Assembly (NCBI GenBank): GCA_015680685.1
Contig: MNCI01000542.1
Location: 561,889-625,888, forward strand
DNA length: 64,000 nt
Reading direction: 5' to 3'
Source of the DNA: Gnetum montanum
Taxonomy: Eukaryota > Plantae > Gnetophyta
Positions 12,628-24,750 of the stretch are shown here, piece by piece. How positions within the stretch are numbered: the stretch's first letter is position 1; each line of letters starts with the position of its first letter. Below the pieces are notes generated by a model. The model searched no databases. It was not told the origin of the DNA and saw only the letters and a list, made by a program, of their open reading frames with translations. Made by a program: the position numbers and the translations under genes.

Positions 12628-15312
12628 ATGGCCCCAAAAAGAGGAGCACAAGGAGAACCTTCATAGTGAGCAGCCAAGTGCCCACGAGGTGGTCAAGGCC
12701 ATCAAGGCAAGCAGGTAGAGCATGAGGAGCAGGAGGCCCAATCCTTCAACATTCATCAAGAGGCTTCTATTACTAGGTATTCAGTCTAACGAGAGGTTTC
12801 AGAACCCCAAGCTCCTATGCAGGGACAATGTCTCATGTTGTCTACGGAATGCCTTGAGGTAATCCAAGAAAAATCCAAGTTGACCATGGTCATCATGGAG
12901 ATGAACTTTGGCCCATTTATGGAGTTTTCTCCAAAAGTGGTTTAGACATAACTTTAGATGTCACCTTTATGACCTATTCTTTCAAATAGCAGCGAGTGGT
13001 ATTTTGGTGAAACATATTAGTTCTGGCACAACAAAGACAAAGGCACCCCTATCAACATTTGTGGAGTCAATGTCTCATTCTCAGTCAAAGTGATCACAGA
13101 AGTTATGAATTTGCCAAATAAAGGGGCTAAGTTAGCCCACTTGTCTACAAGATCTGACCCCAACACAAGAAAGCTATGGTTGAGGTGAGCATACGGCAAG
13201 GAGGACAAAACATACAATGAATTGACTCAGGAAGAGAGGACATACCTCAAGATAGGCACATATCATCTCTTCCCAACCAAAGGGCTTAACAAAATTTCAA
13301 CCTATGTGGCTAGGGGAAGTGCCATCTTAATGGGCAAACATGCAGCCAACCTTCCCAAGTTATATTGCACAAAGATTTAGAGGTGGTTTGAGGAAAAAAA
13401 GGCAAGGAAGCCAACACTTCCATTTCCTTACCTTATCTGAAAATTATGCAAGCACATTAGAATCTTGGGCTACACAAATGACAGTCCCAAGAAGGCTCAA
13501 AACACTTTCTTCATAGAGTTTCTTAAACCAATGTCACCAAGAAAAGACCTTGATGAGGAGCAAGAAATGGAAAAGGAAGCAGAAATGAAAAAAGAAGCAG
13601 AATGAGAGCCTAAATAGTGCCATGAAACATAAGGCCACTTACAAAAAATTGCTGAAACACTGAGTTGGGAAAGCAGAGAGGAATCTAGCCTCTTCAAAGT
13701 AATCGACGACACCGTGTAGTCCATTGTCTCAATGGATCCAACAAGAGGGTAGATCTTACTACAATTAGGAGGAGAATCCCAATGGTCCAAGTAAATCTCT
13801 GGTCATTCCGCATCCTTTCAAGTGATGCTTGAAATGGAAGAGGTGCCATAGTAGTGGTAATGCAGCATCAAGATGTGGCAAGTATAATAGAAGTAATAAT
13901 GGATCACATCAAAGAATCATTCAATGTGCTTGTTGTGCCCCCAATAGATCTAACTAGGACTAAAGATGTACAAATGCTTACTGGGACTTCGATAACTCCT
14001 GCGACATATGAGGGATGTCTTAGATCAATTGCTGTAGATAGGGCAAGTGATGACCATCTTGTTTGACATTCCTAATGATGTCACTGTAACACAGTCAGAC
14101 CTCATAGCCACCAAAGGAAAGCTAGTCATGGTTGAAGTTAGGGTAGAACACATAGAAGCAGAGGTGCAACATTTGCAACAAGAGCTAGGCACCTTGAGAG
14201 CTAAATGATGAGATCCTAATCGATTTATTATGCCTAACCAACTAGAGCACTTCAGAATAGAGTAGATGATCAAGTTGACCAAGGAGAATAAAGCCATTGA
14301 GTAAGAAAAGGAAAAGGTAGTATGGAATGCTTCTAATTCCATGCCTATAAGAAGGCAGTGACTGCCACTCAGAAAGAGAATAAATAGCTTGCTATTGAGA
14401 ACTCCAAGTTGACCACCATCGAAAAATAAAAAGAATGTTTTGGAAGAAAGTGTCCATTAGTTAAGAAAACAACTGATGAGGATCAACTAGGATATCAATA
14501 GATTGGTTAGGAAAAATATAACCTTCTTAATGGAGGAGGTCCGCACCATTCAACAAAAGTCAGTAATTGAAATAAGTGTGTAGTAAAATAAGGTCAAGAA
14601 GCATGAAGGGTTGAAAGAGCATTTCTATGATTAGGTAGGCATGTACAAATAAATAAATGAAAAAGAAATCTAGATGGCTAAAGCTTGCATTGGGTCTATG
14701 TCAACAAAAAATCCTAAGTGGTAACCAATTCTAGATAACTATGCATTGGTCCACTAGGTGGAGGTGAAAAATAAAGATTTGTAGATTGAAGACTTGAAAG
14801 AATACATGGTGTTGGCTAACCTTAGATATGCCAACCTTGCCATGTTAATAGCAAGTCAACCTAGAAGCAAGCTGGAAAAACAAGTAGCAACCACCTATGC
14901 CTTATATGAGAAAGAGTTTGTAGACATAAAAGCCACTTTGCATAAACTTCACATAGCAAACTCAAAACTTGAGGTGGTTGAATCTTGTTACCATGGACAA
15001 AAGGATGTCACTTCAAACCTAGCTAGGAGACTTACAGATTATCATGAATTTAAAGAAAAGTCCAGGGCATTTGAAGAAGAGCGATGGTAGTTTGTGGCAT
15101 GGTACGTAAAGGCCAACAAAATGTTTCCATAGCTACCCTACCCTTAGGATGTATTGGCACTAGCACACATCGGTTTAGTAGCCTGGATAGTACAAGATCC
15201 ATGAATGGAAGAAGAAAAGTTGTAGACGCTCTTCAATTGTTACCTATTTCAGAAGCCTGGAGACAAAGGGAAGTGACCAATGGAGGAGCCACCACCTCTG
15301 GGAACTACATGA
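12628..15312 (+). pseudogene. Env-like/extra ORF of D (MAPKRG... start, conserved retroelement extra-ORF domain, long coiled coil)
   Basis: ATG directly follows the acceptor-like TTTGCTTGATTGCAG. Contains INICGVNVSFSVKVITEVMNLPNKG and heptad-rich fragments (ORF 14794-15090). Occupies the Athila extra-ORF position before the PPT; many stops. Confidence 0.75.
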
Positions 15313-15490
15313 GCTTCCTTGATTTTGTGTCTTGTAATATTGTGTCCCAATTTTTTTAAAGCACCACTACAACATGTATAAGTCCATTTGTTTGTTTGTC
15401 TAAGTTAGTCAATAATTCCATAGCTTTCCAACAATTTTTTGTAAGGAACTTATTCCTCATTTTGTTTACCTTGAGGATGAGTTTTCATTT

Positions 15491-15503
15491 AGTTGTGGGG
15501 GTA
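15491..15503 (+). promoter_or_regulatory. Polypurine tract of D
   Basis: TTGAGGATGAG...AGTTGTGGGGGTA abuts the 3' LTR, the typical Athila context. Confidence 0.8.
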
Positions 15504-16384
15504 TGATGAGTCATCATTGTGTCAGCCCCAATATCAGATACTTGATATCAAGGCTTTGATATTAGATACATAATATTGGGTCCCAAGAAATGATGTCGAA
15601 TATCCAATATCATCTCTTTCATGCTAGCCTATAAATACAACACTTGGGTGCATGGTTGGGATATAGTTTTAGTTCTCAATTTTTGATAGTCTTTCTTAGA
15701 TTTCTGAATTCAAGTTCTGTTACTCCTAGTGCATGCCCACAGTGTGATGTTTGTAATTGTATGGCACCCTTATTCAAGTGTGATGTACTTGGACACGTTA
15801 CATGATTGGAAATAAAGATTGAGATTACTTCCATCATTGCAGCATTCACTTAGATTTATTATTGCTTTAATTATTTAATTATTTACTATTTCTTTTAGTT
15901 AGTGTTTCTATTTATTGCTATTTACTATTCTTGTCATTAAGTAGAATGAGTACAACTTAATCATGAGTGCTGAAGTGTAAGTACTTGGTAATCTAGTAGT
16001 GTATTGGTTGGCACACCCAGTGACATATGCTTGGCAATCCCAGTGGTAGTTATATGAAGTCCAAGGCCTGTATGGATGATTGGGGACAAATACTCATTGC
16101 ACGTAGGCTAGTTTAGATCTTATTTTCCATTGTTCATTAGCTTAGTTAATTTATCTCTTTATTCTCATTAGGAGTAGCATAGAATTAGACAACATCATAT
16201 GCCTCACTTTGGACTAAACCAGATGTGACAAAGTTACCATTAGTCCAAGTGGAAAGATAGCAAACTATGATCAAAGCACAATGATTTAGATGCACAACTA
16301 GTTCCATCCATGAAATTCTACTAGTTCATGCGTGAAAGCTTGTGATTTTAATGGTTAGACGTAGGGCTACCTCAGTGCTCATCA
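15504..16384 (+). repeat. 3' LTR of D (881 bp)
   Basis: Direct repeat of 7148-8020, ending GCTCATCA and followed by ACGAG. Confidence 0.92.
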
Positions 16385-17674
16385 ACGAGCAAGTAAAAGC
16401 AATAATAAAGCAAATGACAAAGAAAGCATCATGACGAGTGGCAGCAGTAGTAGGTAGGGAACTAAGAGTGGATCTAGTAGTAGCAGGGGATTGTCTCAAC
16501 CTATACTCCCTTCGAGACCTCAAATGTAAGTTTTTCGTGAAGAGGAATTTTTTTTGGTTGGAGATGGTGCCAAGGTTTCTCACTTAGTTTTATATTGATA
16601 ACTCATTTTATTAAAGGTTGATTAGATGGGTGAAGATTGAAGATCTTGGGTGATCCATTAAGTTGTTCCTAGTCTGGGTTATGATGATATGCTTTCAAAT
16701 TTAAGTTTGGCTATTTATGTATTAAACATTTTAGCATTGTATTAAATAATTTTATTTGGAAATGTCGTCTAGATGCTTGGTATCAAAACACTAACTACAA
16801 TGAATTTGACTACGGTATGAAATGCTCTATTGCTAGTAATGTTCAACTTCACTGTCGTGAACTAGGCTTTCTCAATAATATTACCTTTTCCAACTGACTT
16901 CTCTTTGAATTAGGTGTATTGATCTCCTTCTTCAGCTGTCGTCCTGGGGGTGTGATAAGCTTTTGTCTTGTTGCAGGTTGACTGGGGGATCATCTTGCAA
17001 CATTGGGCTCTGTTAAGGTTTTGGATTTAATTTTTCTTCTCCAGCTAGCACATCACCTTAACAACCCACCCCCCCCCCCTTTAAATAATTTTTCCTTTTT
17101 TTTCAATTTTTACATTTATGAATTTTGTATGGGCTAGACCTTTGATAGCATGCTTAACATATATTTTATGGTGATTTAGATTTGGAGTTTATTTCATTCT
17201 CTTGTTCTTTACATGTTTTCAGTAGATGATTTGCATTATTCTCTATCTAGTTAGATTAAGTTTCTAGCATGTATATTTAATGTAATTTTATTATATGTAT
17301 TTTTTTTCTTCCATTGTTTAGTTACAACTCTTTTTTTCTTTAGGACATGGCTTCATGTTAGGTTTCTTGTGCTTTCTTTTGTTACATAGTTCGTTTATTA
17401 TCTTGTTTCTTGTCATGGTCAATCATTTGTTAGGGGTTTTACCCAACATAATGCTCTCCAACTTACGGTTTAGGAAGGAGGGTGTTCCACCAATCCCATT
17501 TTGTTGGAACAAGGCTAGGATGAGGATGATGACTAAGTAACAAAATTTAAACAAATTTAAAAGGATTGAAAACAAATGCGAAACTTTGAACCTTTAGTTG
17601 ATCATTATTATTATTATTGGGGGAGGGTGATGAGGGGTGTTGGTCTTTAAAAAATGAATAATAATAATTTAGAG

Positions 17675-18598
17675 TACCTTAGATTATCAACATAGAAAAG
17701 AGAGTCAAAAAATAAAGCCCAACAGTTTTGAGATGTCTTTAGGTTTTCATCTTTACAACAAATCTTGAAAACCTTCCCATCTAGGATAGGAAAAGGATTA
17801 GGCTTTGTTGTTGTTTAGAAGTATCCTTATAGGTTTTCACTTCTTGCTAATGACTCACAAGTTTCTTGTGAATAGAAGAAGAACACTCTCTCCAAAGAAA
17901 AATGAATACACTAATTAGAAATAAGAAATAAATTACAACAGAATGTGATAGCTTTACCAATGAGAGTCTATAAAGCAAATAGGAATCAATATTATAGGAA
18001 ACAAATTAATGTTAAGCCTTCACTAGAAGCTTTTCTACTTGAAGTTATAATTGAAAAGCAACATCTTAGAGAATATAATATTTAACTCCTAAAGAAAGAT
18101 CATAGTTATGTTTTTGTTGCTAGAAAATGACTTTGTTTTGGAAGGTTTGTTTTGCAGTTATTTTCAAGTAGTAAAAGCATAACTATGATTTCTCTTTAAG
18201 AGTTAGATTTCAGATTCTCAAAGATGTGACTTTTTAGTTATAGCTTCAACTAGTAAAGCTTAAAATGATAGTTGAACAATTAATTCATTTTAGGGAACAT
18301 TGATTCCTTTTTATTTTGTGGGCTTAAGTTTGAAAAACTATCTTTTATTGTCATTTGTTTCCTATTTTTGATTACTTTCAATTTTCTTTAGAAGGACTAT
18401 TTTCCTCTTTACAAGAAACCCTTTAGTAATAAGTGAAAACCAATGAGGGTGCTTCAAAATAATGGCAAGACCTGATTTTTATCTCTCTCAATAGGAAAGT
18501 ATTTTAGGATTGGTTGTAAGGATAAAAATGTGAAAAAGCATCCCTAAAACCATTGACTGCTTTCTTTAGTCTCTCTCTCTTCTACATTTTTGAGGGTA
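17675..18598. repeat. Long imperfect inverted repeat (foldback; MITE-like or hairpin-RNA locus)
   Basis: Arms 17675-18132 and 18156-18598 are reverse-complementary along their length (e.g. TCATAGTTATG / CATAACTATGA), with a 23-nt loop and outer ends TACC...GGTA. Confidence 0.85.
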
Positions 18599-20160
18599 AG
18601 GATATGCTTTGAACAATGCCTCCAAGCTAGTATGCTTGCATTTCTTTGCACTTGAAGGTACTAAGCTTAAAACCTAACATCAACACCCTAAGACTCTATT
18701 TTATGTTAATGATTTAATCTATTCTAATTTTTTAAAAAATCATTATTTAGATTTTTAGGGTCTAATACCTTTCCATATCATGCTACTGTATAATTTTACA
18801 ATATTCACATGCTAAAATTGAAATTAACAATAATGGTTAGTGCACTTTTTTGATGGGGATTTGCAAAAAAAAGATAAAAATAAAAATAAAAAAATTATTA
18901 GTTTAAATCACTCTTAAGCATCATTATATTATTTTATAGCCTAGACTAAATGCTGTAGAACTTTGCTGAGAAAAGTATGAAAGTATATAAGCAAAGCAAC
19001 GTTCGGCCACATGATAACAAAATTTTAAAATTTATGTAATTTCAACGGAAAGGAAACAAACGTTAAAAAGCTCGGATGATGACGACTGACTGAAGTATAA
19101 AAAAACATTAAAAAGCTCGGACGAGGACGGAATATAATTTTTATGACAAATATAGGTGAACATGGCAGGTAAAGCGATACGAATATCAAATTAAATTTTA
19201 AAAAAGTCGGTAATATAATTTTTTCTATCACAAATACAGGTGAACATGGCAGGTAAATAAAAACTAACAATGGTAAGGTATATGTCCTGTGTTTCTGCTA
19301 CAATCTTGATTGTTGATCATCATTTTGCCACGACAGCAAAACACAGTCGTTGGCATCGGATAAATTTTCAGCTCAAGAGCTTTTGGCTTCTGCTGCTACT
19401 TATCCCAGAACTTGCTTGGTGAGAACGTGAAAGAAATTTCATCCGCGGCTGCATATTTTTCGTAAAATGAAGGTGTAATTCGTCGTCTTTGGGTAATTTC
19501 AGTAATTCATTCATGCTTTCTCTTGGTTGAAATTATTTGGGCCTGCAGTCGGATCTTTGCATTTTTCTCGGTTCATTCCTCAAGAGAAAAGTTTGGTAAA
19601 AGAACTTCGCAACAGCAACAAATCACGAGCGAATTTCCAGTCGGAAGAGCGAAGAATCAGTGAGGGCGAATTCGCATGCTCATTGTTGGAGTTTGTCGAG
19701 AAATCGATTGATCGAGTTGTGTAAATTATTGAAATGTTGTCCATGATTCGCAGTCCGATTTCATGGCCTTTTCGGTTGCTGCGGAATGGAAGGATCTCAA
19801 CAATCTGGCGGCATGTTCCGTACCGACGATGAAACCCTAGTTTACCCAATGGAAATTTTGTTCACCCATGATGGATGGCAAACTGCTCCTGGTTTCTTCG
19901 GAATACTCCAATGTTATTTTCGATCGAGCGTGAATGCGCGGTGAGTGTGTAACTGTGTATTATTTATGTTTTGTGAGGGTGATCGGTTATGAATTTTTGT
20001 CTACTTAGTTATTTTTCACATATGGCACAAGGTTGGATCTGGTTTCGTTTGGTTTCACAAGTTGAAAATTGAACATTAGTTACAACTGTTGATTTGTTGT
20101 TCGCAATTTTTAATTTAGAAGAACCAAAATTTACTTATTGGACACTATCATGGGCTGCCG

Positions 20161-22284
20161 AAACCATCCTAGAATTCTTATCCATGATTCAAGGAAAAGT
20201 ACTTGCCTGCGATCTCTTTATCGAATATGTAAGGTAATTTAATTAAGATTGGTCATTTTAGGGCTTTCTGGGCCATTTATGGATATGCCTTGAATTTTGA
20301 GATAATAGAACTTTTACGGAAGAATTGATGTCTTTCTTTGATTTAATACAATGAGCAATCCTTTATAAGGAATTGAATCGCAGATTAACCAAAACTTCGG
20401 GAGAATTCCTTTACAAGAAGGCTGTATTAGAAATATTAGAGAACACTTCTGGGTATCTTCAGAAAACCTTTTGGAGAAACTCGATTTTCCTTTTTCCTTT
20501 TTTTTTCTTTTTGTAATACAATGAACAATCCTTTATAAGGAATGGAATTTAAAGAGTTTTTTTCTTTCTTTTGTACCTGGGAGCTACCAGCGACAGCAAT
20601 CCAAGCCAGGGTAACTCCGGGGTCGTTTCCCAGCGACGTTTGCTCATTTGCTTTGTGCATATGAAAATTCATTACAAGTCTTGGGTAATGATAATCTTAT
20701 TTTAGGATCTGGCACTCTTCTACAATGTAATTCATGGGTGAAAATTTTATGCTTTTGTGTTTGTAAAATGCTATTATATTAGTAGTGTCTATATAATACT
20801 AAATACCCTCTGCATCTATGATGCAGTAGAGTTGGTGCTTTAATTAACATTGTAGATACTTCTCAAGCTTTCTCATGGAGGGATTGGTTTTCGAAGAAAA
20901 GATGATTAGCTATGATACCAGCGATTAGAGTAACATAAATACGAGTGGCTAGCAAAAAGGCTTCCTCCAGAGTCTGTTGTTTCATGAGTCCATGTTGAAA
21001 TATAAATAACTGAAGGAGCAGGACTACATGAAACGACATGAGCTGGCTATGATATGTATATTATGGATTGTATGAGCTTAATGAGGTGCGGATATTTCTG
21101 CTAAATAATTACCAAGTTTATTGCAATGGACAACTGAATACCTCTGTTCTGGGTTCTACCAATAATAGTTCCAAAGTTATACTCACAATATGAAGCCATA
21201 ATAAAATTAATTTATATGAAGCTTATTTTGAAGTTTTGTAGCCAAATAAAATTTATTCCAGGAAAAGCCTGATCAGAAATAGTTTACTTAGATTAGTTTC
21301 AAAATGCATATTCTATGAATAAAGCATGATTTTTAGAAGTTAGATTCTGTACCAACCTGGTTTCAGTTTGTTACATATTTTCAGGATCATGGACATGTCT
21401 TTTATGTAGTTTATTAGAATGGCAGCCTTCAGATTCTATGCAGAAAGCATTGTAACATATTTACAAATTTGAAAATTGTTTGTAGGAACTAGCAGCTCTT
21501 CCATGGAAGGAATCGTGGAGTGCTGCAAAAGTTTCTCCAGCGGTAACTCCTTGCATTAAACTCATTGAACAAGTGCAAAATCTTTTTGTTAAACCAAAAC
21601 AAAGGAGCATGTCTTTGAATTCAAAATAGTAGAACATGCTAAATTGCTTAAGTGTAAATATTAATCTTGAATATATGACATTAAATTGCATTTGTTAGAT
21701 ATTTAGCTGTGTACTAAGAGTAAATTATGCTTTTTTCACCGGCAGGATACAACATGAGCTTGAAGTAAGCACAAATCAAGCTATACTTCTTGACTCTAGT
21801 GTCAGTGATTTGATGCGTACCTGCATTGTTTTAGGCAATCATCGTGCAACTCAGAAGATTGCAATAGAGTTTAAGGTCTGACATTTGTTGACTGTTTTGA
21901 GAGAATACTCTTGTGATGACCAGTAGCATTTATTTTCTTTAAATTAACAATTTATGTGAGGCACCTGAGAAACAATGGTACTGGCAACCACTAGGGATTG
22001 TGACATCTTGGAAAACTTTTCAAAGGAAAAGAAGCCTCCAACTGGTATGTCGTTTCTTTTATTGCATAATTACTAAATAGTTTATGTTAGATCATACTTT
22101 ACTGTAGATTTCTGTTTTGCTTATTCTATTATAGGTTTCAAATTATTTGTAGAAACTTGTAATGACTTTGATGAAAAGTATGAAGCTCTTAATTTTTTTC
22201 CATTCTGCTTGTTCTATCACAGGGCTCAAATCAAATTATTTGTAGAAGTCTGTATTGATGCTGATGAAAAGAATGAAGCTCTGA
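20161..22284 (+). pseudogene. VPS16: Intron-containing C-terminal fragment of VPS16/VACUOLELESS1
   Basis: Exon remnants LEFLSMIQGKVLACDLFIEYV (~20161-20233), ELAALPWKESW...EHAKLLK (21486-21651), IQHELEVSTNQAILLDSSVSDLMRTCIVLGNHRATQKIAIEFK (21746-21875), EKQWYW..FSKEKKPPTG (21961-22044) and LFVEVCIDADEKNEAL (two copies, from 22135 and 22223) match the recalled plant VCL1 C-terminus. Frameshifts and deletions present; no N-terminal part. Confidence 0.88.
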
Positions 22285-23370
22285 ATGCTACTCCTGTAAT
22301 GCTTAATAGAGTACAGCAAAGCATGTCTAAAGTCTTTATAATAGTAAAAGTAGAGAAGATGTTCTTGGAAAAAAAAAGCATACCAAGGGGTATGTAACAG
22401 ATGGAGCATTTGCCATGTCCTCAATCTCAACGACATTAGTTGCCGAGTTTGCAATTGCTAATAAGTAGATTCTGGAGACTGCCATTGGGCATGAATTGCA
22501 AAATTAGTGCCATTATGCGTGCAACATGTATGCACTGCTTATCTTCAACAGGTTTCCAAAATCTGTCCTAGAGCTTGACACTCAATCAATAAGCTTGGTT
22601 CAGCCTCTTCTCCAACTTTGTCTTGCAAATCCCAAAATGCATTGACCCCCACCCTGTCTTTTGAGGTAATTCTCTACGGTGTCTCTTTTGAGATAATTCT
22701 TCAACGCAAACATTGGCACAATCTCCATGACTAACGAAATTTTCTTCACTGAAGTTTGTTGCAGTGATCAGGTTTTTGTCTGACAGTCTATTTCAGTGAT
22801 TAGGTTTTTATCTGACAGGATCATGAACTTCGTTTGCAAATCCCAAAATACCTTGACTGCCCCAATGTCTCGCACAACCTCCATGATCGACCAAATTTTT
22901 TAACAAAAGTTTTCTGTTGCAGTGATCAGTCCAGTCCCTTCTGTGATATTATCGTGAACTTTGGACTTACCCATGGCATAAGTTGCTTGTTTTAAGTGCC
23001 GCTGATTTCCTGAGAAGAACATCCATACAAAGCAACACATTTGTGTGATAATTCCAGTCCTTCCAAAAATCATCACTATCTTCTCGTTTTCATTGTTATG
23101 CGATGCATGAATTGCAATGTAGTTAGAGTTTCTAAAGAACTGAACATGATTGATACCATAATGAACCTGACCTTCAAGATTATGTATAATACATCAAAGT
23201 AAAAAACCGTAGCTAAAAAAACTAGACAGAGATAAGGACTGTAACGTGATATTTAAGATTAAACTATTGAGCTTGATAGCTGCTACCATTTTATGAGCTG
23301 CTACTATTTTCTTAGTTGAGGAGGAATGATGCCGCTCAAATTACTGTAAGAAGGATCTAGGAAGGTATAC

Positions 23371-24750
23371 ACTAATTTGATTGGCACCATCCCTCGTCAA
23401 CTAGGAAAATTGTGTAGTTATCTTTATAGTGAACCTATCAAACAACAGTATTTGTTGTTTAATCTCAGATATCAAGTTTAATCACAATCCTTGTCTGTCT
23501 TTATGTCTGTTTTTAAATATGCCACACATTGGGCTGGAGTGTGCCAAGTGCTTATATTCAGCAGTGTATGGTTACCTGGCAACCATATTCCTAGCAGTGT
23601 TATTTTTGAATTTGTTGTATCATACAATGGTCTTCAAGGCAAGGTCCCTTGTGGTGTCAAACATGCACACTTCCTTACAAACCCTAGGGTATCACATCAC
23701 AACGGAAACAAAAAAAAGGTTTTTGACTTTTGAAGAGATTAGAGTTGTCGCACTAATGTGTCAGTGTGTTACACAGGATTCTTTCTTATTTCTTCTCATA
23801 AAGTTACGCCTTTTTAAGGGATTGGAGTTGTCACACCAGTGTGTGTTACTTAAGATTCTTTATTGTTTCTTCTCATAAAACCGTTATTATTTAGAAACAA
23901 TGGATTCATCCTGTGGGCAGGCGGGCAGGTTCAAATTTCATGATACGTTCCAAGAAAGAAATCTCCAAGGAGTTAGCATGTAGAAAGAGGCACCTATGGT
24001 AGTCAAGGTATTCTAGGACATGCCAGTGTTTACTCTTGAAGAATTGGTCCAAAGAGGCACTATGGTAGGTAAAGGTATTCTGGGATTTTCAAGATGAAGT
24101 GAGAGCAGGGAATGTCAAACTCTAGCACAGCTAGACATTGAAACTCGGTAAAGATAATCAGTGCATGTTGCACTGATAACATAAAGACATTGATTTTGCA
24201 ATTCCTGCCAATGGCAATCTCCATTGTTTACTTCATCGACGGTTAACATAAATACATTGATTCTGCTATTTATGCCAACGGGAATCTCCATCATTTACTT
24301 CATCGTTGTAAATTGGGCCAGTAATGCCGATTGCTACCTTTGAGAATAAGACTTAATTTCATTAAAGGTATGATACATGCTGTTTCATATTTGGGTCGTG
24401 GGTGTTCATTAGGATGTGAAGCTCCACAATGTTCTTCTGGATGATGACATTTATAGCTAATTTTTTTGATATTTTGGTATGATAAGTTTCTGGAACCTTC
24501 AAATGTGACGAAATCTCGTAAATTACGAGGTTTCATTGGCAACGTAGCCTTTGGTATATGCATTTTTCCTTCTTAGACTGTCTTCTCTTTTTTACAATTA
24601 AGTATTAACTAATTTTAGACATGCTCCAGGATATTTTCTAGTTGAGGACATGACAAACTTTCTCATTTTGGTATGACCAGGTTCCTGCAACCTTCAAATA
24701 TGATGAGATCTCTTAAATAACAGGTTCCATCAATTACATAGTGCTTGGTA
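23371..24750 (+). pseudogene. LRR receptor-like kinase fragments (probably LRR-XII, FLS2/EFR/Xa21-like)
   Basis: One LRR, NLIGTIPRQLGKL..VNLSNNSI (23371-23452). Kinase pieces RECQTLAQL.H.NSVKIISACC...ILQFLP.GNL (~24105-24240), RLNFIKGMIHAVSYL, DVKLHNVLLDDD, and RGFIGNVAF followed by a GT donor at the conserved APE intron. The latter part is duplicated; heavily frameshifted. Confidence 0.8.

Larger units (their letters stand above)
7148..16384 (+). mobile_element. Element D: complete non-autonomous Athila-like LTR retrotransposon (gag + env-like ORF, no pol)
   Basis: Paired TG...CA LTRs at 7148-8020 and 15504-16384, TSD ACAAG/ACGAG (one CpG transition), tRNA-Asp-type PBS and Athila-type PPT. 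No PR, RT, RH or INT motifs seen inside. Confidence 0.9.

Noticed and set aside
20161-22397. Functional VPS16 gene, or ORF 22209-22397 as a real CDS
   Set aside because: The N-terminal majority is missing, and there are internal deletions, frameshifts and a duplicated truncated exon.
23429-23878. 149-aa hydrophobic ORF as a membrane protein
   Set aside because: Only its first residues belong to an LRR remnant; the rest is T-rich sequence with a local duplication and no recognisable motif.
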